Shown here piece by piece: positions 8,250 to 19,645 of a stretch of 64,000 bases of DNA. Every line of letters starts with the position of its first letter. Positions within the stretch are counted from its first letter, which is position 1. Source of the DNA: Alphaproteobacteria bacterium. GTDB lineage: Bacteria; Pseudomonadota; Alphaproteobacteria; UBA828. The position numbers were made by a program, and so were the translations under genes. The notes beneath the pieces are model-generated. The model was not told where the DNA came from and ran no database searches. It saw only the letters and a program-made list of their open reading frames with translations. Where the stretch lies: assembly GCA_965220745.1 (NCBI GenBank), contig CBDCQT010000010.1, positions 704,001 to 768,000 of the forward strand, read 5' to 3'.

Positions 8250-10700
8250 CTACCTCGGGTTTAGAACCAGCGTCCCGAGCGCGTCCTCCTGCACGGCCGC
8301 GCGGTCGGTGAGCATGGGCAGGTACTCCCCGTCGCGCCAGGGCTCGGCGTAGTCCTCGTAGTAGGACGAGAGCGGGTTGCCGGACTGTCCCGTGCTGATG
8401 ACAAAGACCGAGTTCTCGGGCTCCCCTAAGTCGTAGACCGCGCGGTAGCCCGCGCCGTGGTTCTGCGCGAACGGCCTCTCCGGGTCGTCCACGTCGAAGC
8501 CACCAGCCTTCACCGTCTCCTTCTCGCCGCCCGTCGGCATGTTGACCTCGAACCATGAGCCGATGGCCGGCACCTCGCCCAGGATGCGGCTCTTCATGTG
8601 GACCGCGTGGGCCTCGCCCCAGCGCCAGTCCTCCATGTCGTGGCCGTAGGTGACCGCGAGGTATTCGAGCGAGACCTTGAGCGCCCGGCTCACGGCCTCG
8701 GCGCAGGTTTCCTCCACGCCTGCGGTGGTCACGTCGTCGCACCACTGTGGGCGCTCGCCGAGCGCGCGGTGGATCACCTCGGTGCGGATCTTCCAGTAGT
8801 CCTCGAACACGTCGCCCAGCTCGTCGGCGAAGAGCACGTGCATCAGCTCCCTGACCCACGCCATGTAGATGAGCGGCTCCGTGCGGTCCGGCTGCATGCC
8901 GTGGTCCCATGCGCCCAGCATGGCGAGCGCGGTGCGCATGGTGTCGTTCGAGGGCTCCGCGAGCCCCAGCAGCACCGGCGTGAGCCGCGCCGCAGCGAGC
9001 GACACCAGGTCCTGCTGGATCGCCGAAAAACTCGCCACGTCGTGCTTGGGTCGGGCGTCGAGCAGCGCCTCGATCCGGCGCGCGCGGTAGGGCGGGGTCC
9101 AGTCGTCGGTCAGGTAGTGGGGATAGTCGAGGGCGACCATCCGGTTGTTGGCGGTGACGATGCGGCCCGACGGCGGGTTGTGGTCCCCCGGCAGCGCCTC
9201 GATGGGCACGCGGTCCACCCAGTCGTGCTCGCCGGTCCAGCCCGGCACCGGCATATGCCCCTGGCCCGAGGCGCGGATCGGCACGTGGCCCGGCGCCACG
9301 TAGCCGATGTTGCCGTCGGCGTCCGCGAAGACCATGGTCTGCTGCGGCACGGCGAGGTCGCTCACCGCCTCGACGAAGCTCTCCCAGTCCTCCGCCCCGG
9401 TGGCGTTCACCAGCGCCTCGGCGCTCTTGTCGTCGTCCGCCAGCGCGGTCCACGAGAACGCGAGCACGTGGCCCGCCTCCAGGTACTCCTCGGTATCCTC
9501 CAGCACGTCGGAGACCACCGGCCCGTGACGCGTCTCGCGCACCTCAAGCTCGATGGGATCGCCCCCGCTCACCTCGATGGTCTCGGTGCGAACGTCGAAT
9601 TCGAGGCTCCCCTCCGGCGCGAGGTAGCGCGCGGGGTCGTCCGGGTCGATCCGCTCGATGAAGAGGTCCTGCACGTCCGGCCCCGTGTTGGTGAAGCCCC
9701 AGGCGAGATGCTGGGTGCGGCCCAGCAGTGGGAAGGGCAGCCCCGGCAGCGTCGCGCCCACCACCTCGAACTCGGGCGTCGAGACGTGGGCGAGGTACCA
9801 GACGCTCGGGATTTCGAGCCTCAGGTGCGGATCATTGGCCAGCAGCGGCTTGCCGGATTCCGTGTGCGCGCCGCTCAGCACCCAGGCGTTGGAGCCGAGC
9901 CCGGAGGCGCGCAGCGCCGGCACCGCGCCGTCCACCGCAGCGTCGAGCGCCGCGAAGTCGATGCCGGCGGGGTCGAAGGCCGGCGCCTCCCCATGCGGCC
10001 CCATGGGCGGGTCGTCCGGATGCAGGGCCCAGAGGTCCTGAAGCTGTTCCCGGTCGAGCTTGCCGGCAAGCCGCGCCCGCAGCAGCTCGTCGCTGAAGTT
10101 GTCGCCCAGGTCCCAGGCCATGATCTTGAGCCAGACCAGGCTGTCGGCGGGCCGCCAGGGCTCGGGCTCGTGGCCGAGCAGCACGAACTCCGGCGGCAGC
10201 ATCTCGGAGCGGGTCTCCAGATAGGCGTTCACGCCGGCGGCATAGGCCTCGTAGATCGCCTGCACCTCGGGCGCGAGCATCTCGAAGTTGCGCTCGGCGA
10301 CGCGGTAGAGGCCCAGCGTGCGCAGGAACCTGTCGGTCTCGATGCCGGGCTCCCCCACCACCGCCGCGAGCCGCGCCTGGCCGATCCTGCGCTGCAGCTC
10401 AAGCTGCCAGAGCCGGTCCTGCGCGTGGACGTAGCCCATGGCGAAGGCGCCGTCTCTCGGCGATTGGGCGTAGATGTGAGGGATCGCATGGGCGTCGCGG
10501 ACCACCTCCACCGGCGCATCGAGGCCGGAGACCTCCTCGGCGTCGTCGTAGGAGGGAAGCGCGAACCACGAGCAAGAGCCCGCAGCAAGCAGCACGCCGA
10601 GCAGCGCCAGCGCGCCGGCCGCCGCGCAATACGGCCGAAGTCGCCTGAGTGTGATGCCCTGCCGCCGCGAATCCCTGTCAAAGTTCGCGGCGCGCATCAC
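8250..10700 (-). CDS. Penicillin acylase family (Ntn hydrolase, S45)
   Basis: RDAHAIPHIYA, GYVHAQDRLWQ, nucleophile motif GSNAW, LLANDPHL, GQSGNP. Confidence 0.93.
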   Translation of the reverse strand: MMRAANFDRDSRRQGITLRRLRPYCAAAGALALLGVLLAAGSCSWFALPSYDDAEEVSGLDAPVEVVRDAHAIPHIYAQSPRDGAFAMGYVHAQDRLWQLELQRRIGQARLAAVVGEPGIETDRFLRTLGLYRVAERNFEMLAPEVQAIYEAYAAGVNAYLETRSEMLPPEFVLLGHEPEPWRPADSLVWLKIMAWDLGDNFSDELLRARLAGKLDREQLQDLWALHPDDPPMGPHGEAPAFDPAGIDFAALDAAVDGAVPALRASGLGSNAWVLSGAHTESGKPLLANDPHLRLEIPSVWYLAHVSTPEFEVVGATLPGLPFPLLGRTQHLAWGFTNTGPDVQDLFIERIDPDDPARYLAPEGSLEFDVRTETIEVSGGDPIELEVRETRHGPVVSDVLEDTEEYLEAGHVLAFSWTALADDDKSAEALVNATGAEDWESFVEAVSDLAVPQQTMVFADADGNIGYVAPGHVPIRASGQGHMPVPGWTGEHDWVDRVPIEALPGDHNPPSGRIVTANNRMVALDYPHYLTDDWTPPYRARRIEALLDARPKHDVASFSAIQQDLVSLAAARLTPVLLGLAEPSNDTMRTALAMLGAWDHGMQPDRTEPLIYMAWVRELMHVLFADELGDVFEDYWKIRTEVIHRALGERPQWCDDVTTAGVEETCAEAVSRALKVSLEYLAVTYGHDMEDWRWGEAHAVHMKSRILGEVPAIGSWFEVNMPTGGEKETVKAGGFDVDDPERPFAQNHGAGYRAVYDLGEPENSVFVISTGQSGNPLSSYYEDYAEPWRDGEYLPMLTDRAAVQEDALGTLVLNPR

Positions 10701-11845
10701 GAGTCTCCGTCGACGATCGCCTGCCGGTGCTGGTCGAGCTCCGGCGCGGGCGGCCGTTCGGTCGGGTCTGGATAGCCCGAGAGCTTGATCGGGTTGCCTG
10801 CCATCTGCATCTCCCCTGCGACCGGGTCCTGGGCCCGGATCACCATGTTGCGCGCCGCCACCTGCGGGTCGGCGAGCACGTCATCCACCCTGTTGATCGG
10901 CGAGCACGGCACGCCCGCCTCCTCCAGCACCCTGAGCCAGTGCGCGGTCGGCTGCGCCGTCAGAATCGCCTCGAACTCCTGCTCCAGCGCGTCGATGTTG
11001 GCGTTGCGCGCGGGGTTGTCGACGAAGCGCGGGTCCTCGGCGAGGTCGGGCCGCTCAAGCGCGCTGCAAAGCGTCGCGAACAGCGTGTTGTTGCCGGCGG
11101 AGATGACCACGTAGCCGTCCGCCGTGGCGTAGGCCTGGAACGGCGTGATCGAGGGGTGGCGCGTGCCCAGCGGCCCCGGCACCTCGCCCGAGGCGAAGTA
11201 GCGCGCGAGCGCGTTCTCCAAGATCGCGACCTGGCAGTCGAGCATGGAGACGTCGAGCTTCACGCCCTCGCCCGTCATGGTCCGCCGATAGAGCGCGCCG
11301 TTGACCCCGATCGCCGTGAACAGCCCTGCCACGATATCGCCGACGGAGCTTCCCACCCGCGCGGGCGGCCCGCCGGGCTGGCCGGTCAGGCTCATGATGC
11401 CGCCCATGGCCTGCACCACCACGTCGTAGGCCGGCCGGCCGGCGTAGGGCCCGGTGTGGCCGAAGCCCGAGCAGGCTGCGTAGATCAGGCGCGGGAAGCG
11501 CTCGTGCAGCGCCTCCCAGCCGTAGCCCAGCCGCTCCATGGTGCCGGCGCGGAAGTTCTCGATCACCACGTCGGCGTCTGCCAGCAACTCCTCGAAGACC
11601 GCCCGGTCGCCCTCATCCTTGAGGTTGAGGGAGATGCTCTCCTTGCCGCGGTTGATCGACATGAAGTAGGCGGATTTTCCGCCCACGAAGGGGCCGAAGG
11701 CGCGGGAATCGTCGCCGCCCCCCGGCGTCTCCACCTTGATCACGCGAGCGCCGAGATCGGCCAGCACCAGGGTGCAGTAGGGCCCGGCGAGCACGCGCGT
11801 CAGGTCGATTACGGTGACGCCGTTGAGCGGTCCGTCCACGGTCAT
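10697..11845 (-). CDS. CaiB/BaiF family (class III) CoA transferase
   Basis: DLTRVLAGPYCT..LADLGA.VIKVE, NRGKES, ENFRAG, GFGHTGPY. Confidence 0.93.
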   Translation of the reverse strand: MTVDGPLNGVTVIDLTRVLAGPYCTLVLADLGARVIKVETPGGGDDSRAFGPFVGGKSAYFMSINRGKESISLNLKDEGDRAVFEELLADADVVIENFRAGTMERLGYGWEALHERFPRLIYAACSGFGHTGPYAGRPAYDVVVQAMGGIMSLTGQPGGPPARVGSSVGDIVAGLFTAIGVNGALYRRTMTGEGVKLDVSMLDCQVAILENALARYFASGEVPGPLGTRHPSITPFQAYATADGYVVISAGNNTLFATLCSALERPDLAEDPRFVDNPARNANIDALEQEFEAILTAQPTAHWLRVLEEAGVPCSPINRVDDVLADPQVAARNMVIRAQDPVAGEMQMAGNPIKLSGYPDPTERPPAPELDQHRQAIVDGDS

Positions 11846-11917
11846 CGCGATGCTTCCCTGTCTGGGTTCGGGAGTATACACGCGGCGGCCGCTGCGGGCC
11901 CCGCAAATGGGAGGGGA

Positions 11918-13072
<1,155 letters not shown>

Positions 13073-13151
13073 CTACACTGGCATCTAGGCACAAGCGGGC
13101 GGCGGGTCAACCGCGCAGGGTGCGCGGCAACACCGAATCCGGGAGGCGTTT

Positions 13152-14225
13152 ATGGAATTCTCGCTGATTCTCGTGCCGGCGGTCCGGGACGGCGACCCCG
13201 AGCCCTTCGATACGCTCATCGAGCAGGTGGAGGTCGCCGAAGAGCTCGGCTACGACGCGGTCTGGTTCACCGAGCACCACTTCAGCCAGTACGGCCGCGC
13301 GGCTGTGCCGGTGCTCGCGGCCCAGGCGATCGAGCGCACCTCCCGCATCCGCATCAGCACCGCGGTCGTGGTCCTGCCGTTCCAGCACCCGCTGCGCGTG
13401 GCGGAGGACTGGGCCACGCTGGACCACCTCTCCGGCGGCCGCGTCGATGTCGGGATCGGGCGCGGCAACCAGCCGGCCGAGTTCAAGGGCTTCGACGTGC
13501 CGATGGACGAGGCCGAGCAGCGCTTCAGCGAAGCGCTCGACATCCTCCGGCGCGCCTGGACCGAGGAGCGCTTCGCCTACGAGGGCCGGTTCTGGCGCTT
13601 CCCCGAGATCGAGGTCCTGCCCAAGCCCTTGACCAAGCCGCACCCGCCGCTCTGGCAGGCGGCGCTCAGCGACTACACCGTGCAGAAGGTCATCGATCGC
13701 GGCATCAACGGCCTGATCGGCCCCTATCTCTGCCCCTACGAGACCCTCAAGACCAACTACTTCGACGTCTGGCACCGGCTCTGCGCCCAATCCGGCCGCA
13801 CCGACCTGCGCATGACCCACAACGAGTTCGTCTACGTGGGCGAGAGCGACGCGGCGGTGAAGGCCGACATCGAGAACCATGTCATGTGGTACATCCGCAC
13901 CGCCGCCAAGATCTGGGGCGAGCGCGACCGCAGCAAGGTCGCCGCGCAATATGCGAACTACAACGACATCCTGGAATGGCTCGACGTGGTGCCGTTCGAG
14001 GAGGTCTACGACAACCTCGGCATGTTCGGCACGCCCGATGCGGTCGCCGAGAAGGTCCGCTGGATGCGGGACGAAGGCGGCGTCGGGCAGCTCATGAACT
14101 TCATGGGCTTCGGCGGCCTGAGCCAAGAGAAGGTGCTGCGCAACATGCGGCTCTTCGCCGAGGAGGTCATGCCCCGCTTCAAGCAGCCCGCACGCCCGGC
14201 CCAAGCCAGCGCCGCGCGGGGCTGA
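13152..14225 (+). CDS. LLM class (luciferase-like) flavin-dependent oxidoreductase
   Basis: AEELGYDAVWFTEHHF, HPLRVAED.ATLDHLSGGR, PKP...PHPP. Confidence 0.92.
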   Translation: MEFSLILVPAVRDGDPEPFDTLIEQVEVAEELGYDAVWFTEHHFSQYGRAAVPVLAAQAIERTSRIRISTAVVVLPFQHPLRVAEDWATLDHLSGGRVDVGIGRGNQPAEFKGFDVPMDEAEQRFSEALDILRRAWTEERFAYEGRFWRFPEIEVLPKPLTKPHPPLWQAALSDYTVQKVIDRGINGLIGPYLCPYETLKTNYFDVWHRLCAQSGRTDLRMTHNEFVYVGESDAAVKADIENHVMWYIRTAAKIWGERDRSKVAAQYANYNDILEWLDVVPFEEVYDNLGMFGTPDAVAEKVRWMRDEGGVGQLMNFMGFGGLSQEKVLRNMRLFAEEVMPRFKQPARPAQASAARG

Positions 14226-14302
14226 ACCGCGCGATTCGACCAAACGGGATCGTACTCGGTTGCCGCGCGGTCCCTTTCGTGTACGCCATGCGGCCCTAAT
14301 TT

Positions 14303-14411
14303 CCCCCACCTCTCCCCGGCCCTCTCCGCCCCCAGGGGCGGAGAGGGAGAGTAGGCGGCGCCACCTACGTTCCCCCTCCGCCTTCGGGGGAGGGGGACAG
14401 GGGGAGGTGGG
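14303..14411. repeat. Purine/pyrimidine-skewed double-hairpin palindromic element, family B copy 1 (possible bidirectional terminator)
   Basis: ccctctccgcccc-ca-ggggcggagaggg, then ccccctccgcc-ttcg-ggggaggggg. Lies between convergent genes; an inverted homolog is at 19646-19852. Confidence 0.8.
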
Positions 14412-14466
14412 CGCCGTTCGGGTCGTGCTGATCCGGTGTGGTCGGATCGAGTCTTAGGGTAGCGGC

Positions 14467-15480
14467 TCAGCCGACGAAGCGGGTGAACGTGCGGAGCCAG
14501 TTTGCCCCGAGGATGCCGCTCACCTCGTCCTCGCCGTAGCCGCGCTCGAACAACCGGCCTGCGAGGTTGGGCAGCTCGGCGATGCCGCTCAGGCCTTCCG
14601 GATAGCTTTGGGTCACGAAGGCCTCGACCGGCCCGAAGATGTCGGGGCGGAGCGTGCGCCAGCGGACCGATTCCGGCAGCACGACCTTGGCCTCTTGATA
14701 GGCCTCGGTGAAATCGAGCCCGATGCCGATGTGCTCAGGCCCGACCAGCGCCCTGAAGTGGTCGATGTGGTCGATCAGCCGGTCGAGGGTCTGGTCCGCC
14801 GGGCTCACCGAGAGCGGCAGGCAGCAGGCGCCCATCATGCCACCTTTGGCGACGATGGCTTGCACGGTTTCGTCCTTGGTGTTGCGGTCGTTGGGCACGT
14901 GGTGCCAGGCGTTGGAATGGGTGCAGACCGGCGCGCGGGCGAGCGGCACCGCCTCGGCGCGGGAGCGGTGTCCGGTGTGGGAGAGGTCGAGGATCATCGG
15001 TGTCTCGTTCACCGCCGCGATCAGCTCCTCGCCGAGGAAGCTGAGGCCCGCGTCGCGCTTCTCGCCGCAGCCGTCGGCGAAGAGGGTGGCACCGGTATAG
15101 GCGAGGCCGAAGAAGCGGAAGCCCAGACGCGCGAGGATGCCGACGCGCGCAAGCTCCTTGCCGATCATGCTGGAGCCCTGCGTGCCGGGAACCACCGCGA
15201 GCCGGCCGGCCGCCAGTGCCGCCTCGATCTCCGCCCGGTTGCGGGCAAGCGCGAGCACGGGGCTGGCCTCGATCTTGCCAAAACCCTCGTCCACCGCGCT
15301 CATGGTCTGGTCCCAGGTGCTCTCCAGTGCGAAGGTCACGTTGCAGACGTTGACGCCGGCCTCCAGGCAGCGGGTCGCGTAGGGCTCGTCCAGCACGTAG
15401 AAGAGTCCGAGGCAGTCGAACACCGTGGCCGCCTGGGTGAAGGCGCCGGCATCGGACGCCTCCATATCAACCTTGGGCAT
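14467..15480 (-). CDS. Membrane dipeptidase (M19) family amidohydrolase
   Basis: ADGCGE..DAGLS, ILDLSH, THSN, RN..DE, HIGIGLDF, ILGANWLR. Confidence 0.85.
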   Translation of the reverse strand: MPKVDMEASDAGAFTQAATVFDCLGLFYVLDEPYATRCLEAGVNVCNVTFALESTWDQTMSAVDEGFGKIEASPVLALARNRAEIEAALAAGRLAVVPGTQGSSMIGKELARVGILARLGFRFFGLAYTGATLFADGCGEKRDAGLSFLGEELIAAVNETPMILDLSHTGHRSRAEAVPLARAPVCTHSNAWHHVPNDRNTKDETVQAIVAKGGMMGACCLPLSVSPADQTLDRLIDHIDHFRALVGPEHIGIGLDFTEAYQEAKVVLPESVRWRTLRPDIFGPVEAFVTQSYPEGLSGIAELPNLAGRLFERGYGEDEVSGILGANWLRTFTRFVG

Positions 15481-16894
15481 GTCCCGCTCCCAGATGACTG
15501 GCGATCGTGTCCAAGTTGCCCGCCCCGGCAAGCCCGTCGAGCGCTTCGAAGGCGGCCTCGTGTGCGGCGGGCGGCAGGGCGCGCGCCGCGCAGTCCACGA
15601 ACTTGGCGTGGAGCGCGTCGCGGCCGAGCGGCCTGCACGGATGGCCTCTCGGCTCCTGCACCGTGCGCGAGCGCTCATCCCCGTCCGCGAGCCGCACCGT
15701 GACCGTCGCCCGCAGCGTCACCGCGCCGACATTGGCACCGCCGGGCTGATCCGGGTCCGGGCGCATGCGGATCCTGGGGATCAGCGTGCGCACGTCCGGC
15801 CGCGCCAACGCGTCTTCGGCGAAGGCGTCGAGCGCGAGCCGGCCATCGACCAGCGCGCTCGCCAGCAGGTAGGGCAGGCTGAAGCGCGCCTGCATGGCAT
15901 CGGCGGGCGCGGTGTAGGGCAGGTTATGCGTCTCGATCTCCGCCACCAGCGCGTCGATCCCGACCACCGCCTGCGGCCCGAAGTCGCCGTCCCCCCGCAT
16001 ATCGAGCAGGGCATCGAGGGGGCGATGGACGCTGCCGCAACAGGGATAGACCTTCTGCCATAGGCCGTGGCGCTCGATCGCGGGCGGCACGCCGAAATCC
16101 GCGACCGCCGCCTCCATTCGCTCGCGCGGCACGCCGGCGAAGAGGTCGGCGAAACCGCGCGCGCCTTCGTAGGCGTCCGCCGCAGCGGTGATGCCGGACT
16201 CGGCCAGGGCCGCCGCCATGATCCCGTTCTTGGCCGCGAGTCCGGCGTGGAGCGGCTTCGCCATCGTGCCGAACTGCCGCTTGCTGCCGGAGGCGAGGCT
16301 GGTGGCGAGGCTGAGCGCGGCGGTGGACTTGGCGGCGTCGAGGCCGAGCAGCCGGGCGCAGGCGGCGGCAGCGGCGGGCGCGCCCAGGGTGGACGTGGTG
16401 TGCCAGCCCCTGAAGTAGTGGGCCGTGTTGAGCGCTTCGCCGAGCCGGGCCAGGACCTCCACACCCACGATGAAGGCGTCCACGCAGGCCGCGCCGTCAG
16501 CGTCCCGCTCCTGCCCGAGCGCGAGCAGGGCGGGCACCAGCACCGCGCTGACGTGGGCGTTGCTGATCTCCAGAATGTCGTCGTAGTCCAGCGCATGGGC
16601 CGCCGTGCCGTTGACCAACGCAGCCCAGGGTGCGGCGAGCCGATGCGGCGTACCGGCGACGGCCGTCCCCGCGACCGTCGCGCCGCCCGCGCCCCAGCGC
16701 GCGACGCCGGCATGGGCCGCGCGCGGGGCCGGATCGTCCGCGCCCGCCAGCATGCAGGCGACCGTGTCCACGAAAGCGCTCGCCGCGCGACGCTCTGCGT
16801 CCTCGCTCCACGTTCGCGGCGCCTCGGCAACCCAGCACCCGAGCCGGCGCGTCGCGCCGCTCGCAGCGTCTGCCCGTGCAGATGGGCTCGTCAC
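15467..16894 (-). CDS. MmgE/PrpD family protein
   Basis: AALVNGTAAHALDYDD, GWHTT, GTMAKPLHAG, KVYPCC, ARFSLPY. GTG start preceded by GGAGG. Confidence 0.9.
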   Translation of the reverse strand: MTSPSARADAASGATRRLGCWVAEAPRTWSEDAERRAASAFVDTVACMLAGADDPAPRAAHAGVARWGAGGATVAGTAVAGTPHRLAAPWAALVNGTAAHALDYDDILEISNAHVSAVLVPALLALGQERDADGAACVDAFIVGVEVLARLGEALNTAHYFRGWHTTSTLGAPAAAAACARLLGLDAAKSTAALSLATSLASGSKRQFGTMAKPLHAGLAAKNGIMAAALAESGITAAADAYEGARGFADLFAGVPRERMEAAVADFGVPPAIERHGLWQKVYPCCGSVHRPLDALLDMRGDGDFGPQAVVGIDALVAEIETHNLPYTAPADAMQARFSLPYLLASALVDGRLALDAFAEDALARPDVRTLIPRIRMRPDPDQPGGANVGAVTLRATVTVRLADGDERSRTVQEPRGHPCRPLGRDALHAKFVDCAARALPPAAHEAAFEALDGLAGAGNLDTIASHLGAGHAQG

Positions 16895-16939
16895 CCGCCT
16901 CCTCCTATCCTCGTCCGCGCCGATGGTACACCCGTGGCT

Positions 16940-17088
16940 TGGAGCGCGTCCGTTTTTCAAGGACGCGTGACAGGCCGCGACTGCGGCCCGCCGCGAAAGC
17001 GGCGCCCTCGCGGAGGCGTCGGCCGCTGGCCGGCTGCCGTGAGCGACAAAAGGCGAGAGCGTTTCCGTTTGAAACGGAAATGCTCTCG
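16940..17088 (+). repeat. ~148-bp multi-hairpin dispersed repeat, family A copy 1
   Basis: Aligns end to end with 18658-18806, 27290-27438 and the reverse complement of 46124-46271. Confidence 0.9.
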
Positions 17089-17265
17089 CCGCCGCAATCG
17101 AGAGCGGCAGCGCGCTCGCCACTCTCTTGCCCCCCGTGCTACGGTTTGGGCCATCAGGCCGGGAGAGCCGTTTTACGTCATTCCGGTTGAGCGGCGTCGC
17201 GAAGGACGCCGAGAGCGCCTCCCGGCACAAGAAGCTCGATAACCGAGAACCAGGGAGTGCGGATC

Positions 17266-18660
17266 ATGAACGATCGTGATCATGAGGCGCGGCAATCGAT
17301 CGAGGCGCAGGTTGCGGCCGATCGAAAGAATTGGCTGACCCGGCGCCGGTTCCTGCAGGCGAGCGCGGCGGCGGCGGTCGGCGCCATCGCGGCGACCTAC
17401 GAGCCCAAGGAGGTCTTCGCCGACGTGGGCGGCCAGATCACCCTCTATTTCGCCGAGGGCAAGCGCTGGGGCGACACCCAGCGGGCGGTGCAGCCGCTCT
17501 TCAACAAGGTTTATCCCAATGTCGAGGTGAACTTCGCGGGACAGCCGATCTCGGACTTCTTCCAGACCGTGATCGCCCGCATGGCGGTCAAATCGGCGGA
17601 CTTCGACTGCACCTACATCGACTGGGGACGCTTCCCCGCCATCCACGCCACCGGCGCCATGGATTCGATCGAGGATCACCTAGCCAAGGATCCCGGCTGG
17701 CGCGACGACTACCTCACCGATGTGCCGAAGCAGGTCAGCGACCTCTATCGGATTCCGTCGGGCGATGGGGAGCTGCACGGACTCACCGACGATGGCAACG
17801 TCATGACCACCTTCTATCGCAAGGACGTCTTCGACGCGGCCGGCATCGCCCTGCCGATGAACTGGGACGACGCGATCAGCGCCGCGCAGGAGCTGCACGC
17901 GCCGGATCAGGACCAGTACGGCTTCGTCTCCTGCTTCCAGCGCGGCGCCTGGGCCGGCACCGTGTTCTGGGGCGTGCACGCGACCTGCGGCGGCTGGTGG
18001 TTCGACAAGATGGAGCCGGGCGGCTGGAACCCGGCCTTCGCGACCGACGCGGGCTACGAGGCGATGCGCGTCATCGAACAGCTCATGAAGTACGCGCATC
18101 CGGTCAGTGCCAACGCCACCGAGGACGAAGTGAACAAGTCCATGGCCAATGGCACGTCGGTCTATGGCCCGCTGAACTGGGGCACGGCGGTGCTGAACGA
18201 TCCGGGCTTCACCGAGTTCCACGAGGTGATCCATGTCGATCTGCCGCCCAAGGGCAAGAGCCCTGGCAGCGATCACAAGCCGCAGATGGGCGGGCTCGGG
18301 CAGTTCATCAATTCGGGCGGGGAGAACAAGGAGGCCGCGTTCGCCTGGATGCAGTACTTCAACTCGGGCGACTACACCGATCCCGCGATCGGCGACGCCA
18401 AGGTTGCGGCGGGCGCGCAGCCGGCGCGCGCCTCGATCCTGGCGCGCAATCAGGACCACAACTTCCTTGCGGGCCTCTACCGCGCCTTCCCGTACACGGT
18501 GCCCTATCTCATGCAGATCCCGGAGGCCAACGCCATCCAGGCGCTCATGGGCGAGGAGTGCGCCGATTTCGTCAATGGCGAGAAGGACATCGAAGCGGCG
18601 CTCAAGGCCATGGACGACCGCACCAGGCGGCTGATGGAGGACGGCGGCTATTACGGGTAG
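17266..18660 (+). CDS. Sugar-type ABC extracellular solute-binding protein with Tat signal
   Basis: TRRRFLQ twin-arginine signal, FYRKDVF..AG, P.NWDD, NKEAAFAW. Confidence 0.88.
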   Translation: MNDRDHEARQSIEAQVAADRKNWLTRRRFLQASAAAAVGAIAATYEPKEVFADVGGQITLYFAEGKRWGDTQRAVQPLFNKVYPNVEVNFAGQPISDFFQTVIARMAVKSADFDCTYIDWGRFPAIHATGAMDSIEDHLAKDPGWRDDYLTDVPKQVSDLYRIPSGDGELHGLTDDGNVMTTFYRKDVFDAAGIALPMNWDDAISAAQELHAPDQDQYGFVSCFQRGAWAGTVFWGVHATCGGWWFDKMEPGGWNPAFATDAGYEAMRVIEQLMKYAHPVSANATEDEVNKSMANGTSVYGPLNWGTAVLNDPGFTEFHEVIHVDLPPKGKSPGSDHKPQMGGLGQFINSGGENKEAAFAWMQYFNSGDYTDPAIGDAKVAAGAQPARASILARNQDHNFLAGLYRAFPYTVPYLMQIPEANAIQALMGEECADFVNGEKDIEAALKAMDDRTRRLMEDGGYYG

Positions 18661-18806
18661 AGCGAGCCCGTCTTTCACGGGCTCGCTATAGGCCGCGACT
18701 GCGGCCCGCCGCGAATGCGGCGCGCCCGCGCAGGCGCCGGCTGCAGGCCGGCTGCCGTGAGCGACAAATGGCTAGAGCGTTTCGGTATGAGACGGAAACG
18801 CTCTGG
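18658..18806 (+). repeat. Family A repeat copy 2 (begins at the TAG stop of the solute-binding protein gene)
   Basis: tagagcgagcccgtctttcacgggctcgc...gctgccgtgagcgacaaa...agagcgtttcggtatgagacggaaacgctct. Confidence 0.9.
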
Positions 18807-18906
18807 CGCGTCGGGCTGGCGCTCTATATAGCCATGTAACCGCGTCGGGGGGCCGGAGCGCGCAGCCCCGGCCTCCATGCGCCTGCCGTTTGAGGGAGGG
18901 AGAGAG

Positions 18907-19200
18907 ATGAGCGTGTTGGTGCTGGTGCGCGCGACCACGAAGCCGGGCAAGCGACAGGAAGTGGTCGAGATGCTCACGCCCTTCGTGGGCGAGAACCCCG
19001 GCTTGGAGGGCTGCTTGCGCGTCGAGCTTGTGATCGATGCCGTCGGGCCGGACCGGCTGATGATCGTCGAGGAATGGACCTCGGCGGAGGCGCACAAGGC
19101 CTCCCTCGCCTCCCTGGAGGAGGCCGGTGCGCTGGACGACTTCCTGGCGCTGCTCGCCGAGGCGCCCGTCCGCACCTACCACGCGCCGATCGAGACATGA
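18907..19200 (+). CDS. Antibiotic biosynthesis monooxygenase (ABM) family small protein
   Basis: [21 protein letters not shown]. Strong RBS GGAGG upstream. Confidence 0.8.
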   Translation: MSVLVLVRATTKPGKRQEVVEMLTPFVGENPGLEGCLRVELVIDAVGPDRLMIVEEWTSAEAHKASLASLEEAGALDDFLALLAEAPVRTYHAPIET

Positions 19201-19640
19201 GGGCGCTGATCCAGCGGGTCGCGCAAGCCCGCGTCGATATCGCAGGCGCGACCGTCGCCGAGATCGCCAACGGGATGCTGGTTCTGGTCTGCGCGATGCA
19301 GGGGGACGGCGACGAGCAGGCGCAGTTCCTCGCACGCAAGACCGCCAACCTGCGCATATTCGAGAGCGAGCCCGGCAAGATGAACCTCTCGGTTCTGGCG
19401 AGCGAAGGCAGCGCCCTCGTCGTGAGCCAGTTCACCCTTGCCGCCGATACGAGCCGCGGCAACCGGCCGGGCTTCTCCTACGCCGCCCCGCCGGACGAGG
19501 GCGAGCGGCTCTACGAGCTCTTCGCCGCCTCCCTCGCCGAGCACGGGGTGCCGGTCCAAACCGGCCGCTTCGGGCAGGAGATGCAGGTCCACCTGGTCAA
19601 CAACGGCCCGGTCACGATCTGGCTCGACACGGCCGCTTAG
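19197..19640 (+). CDS. dtd: D-aminoacyl-tRNA deacylase
   Basis: [30 protein letters not shown]. Confidence 0.96.
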   Translation: MRALIQRVAQARVDIAGATVAEIANGMLVLVCAMQGDGDEQAQFLARKTANLRIFESEPGKMNLSVLASEGSALVVSQFTLAADTSRGNRPGFSYAAPPDEGERLYELFAASLAEHGVPVQTGRFGQEMQVHLVNNGPVTIWLDTAA

Positions 19641-19645
19641 CGGCT

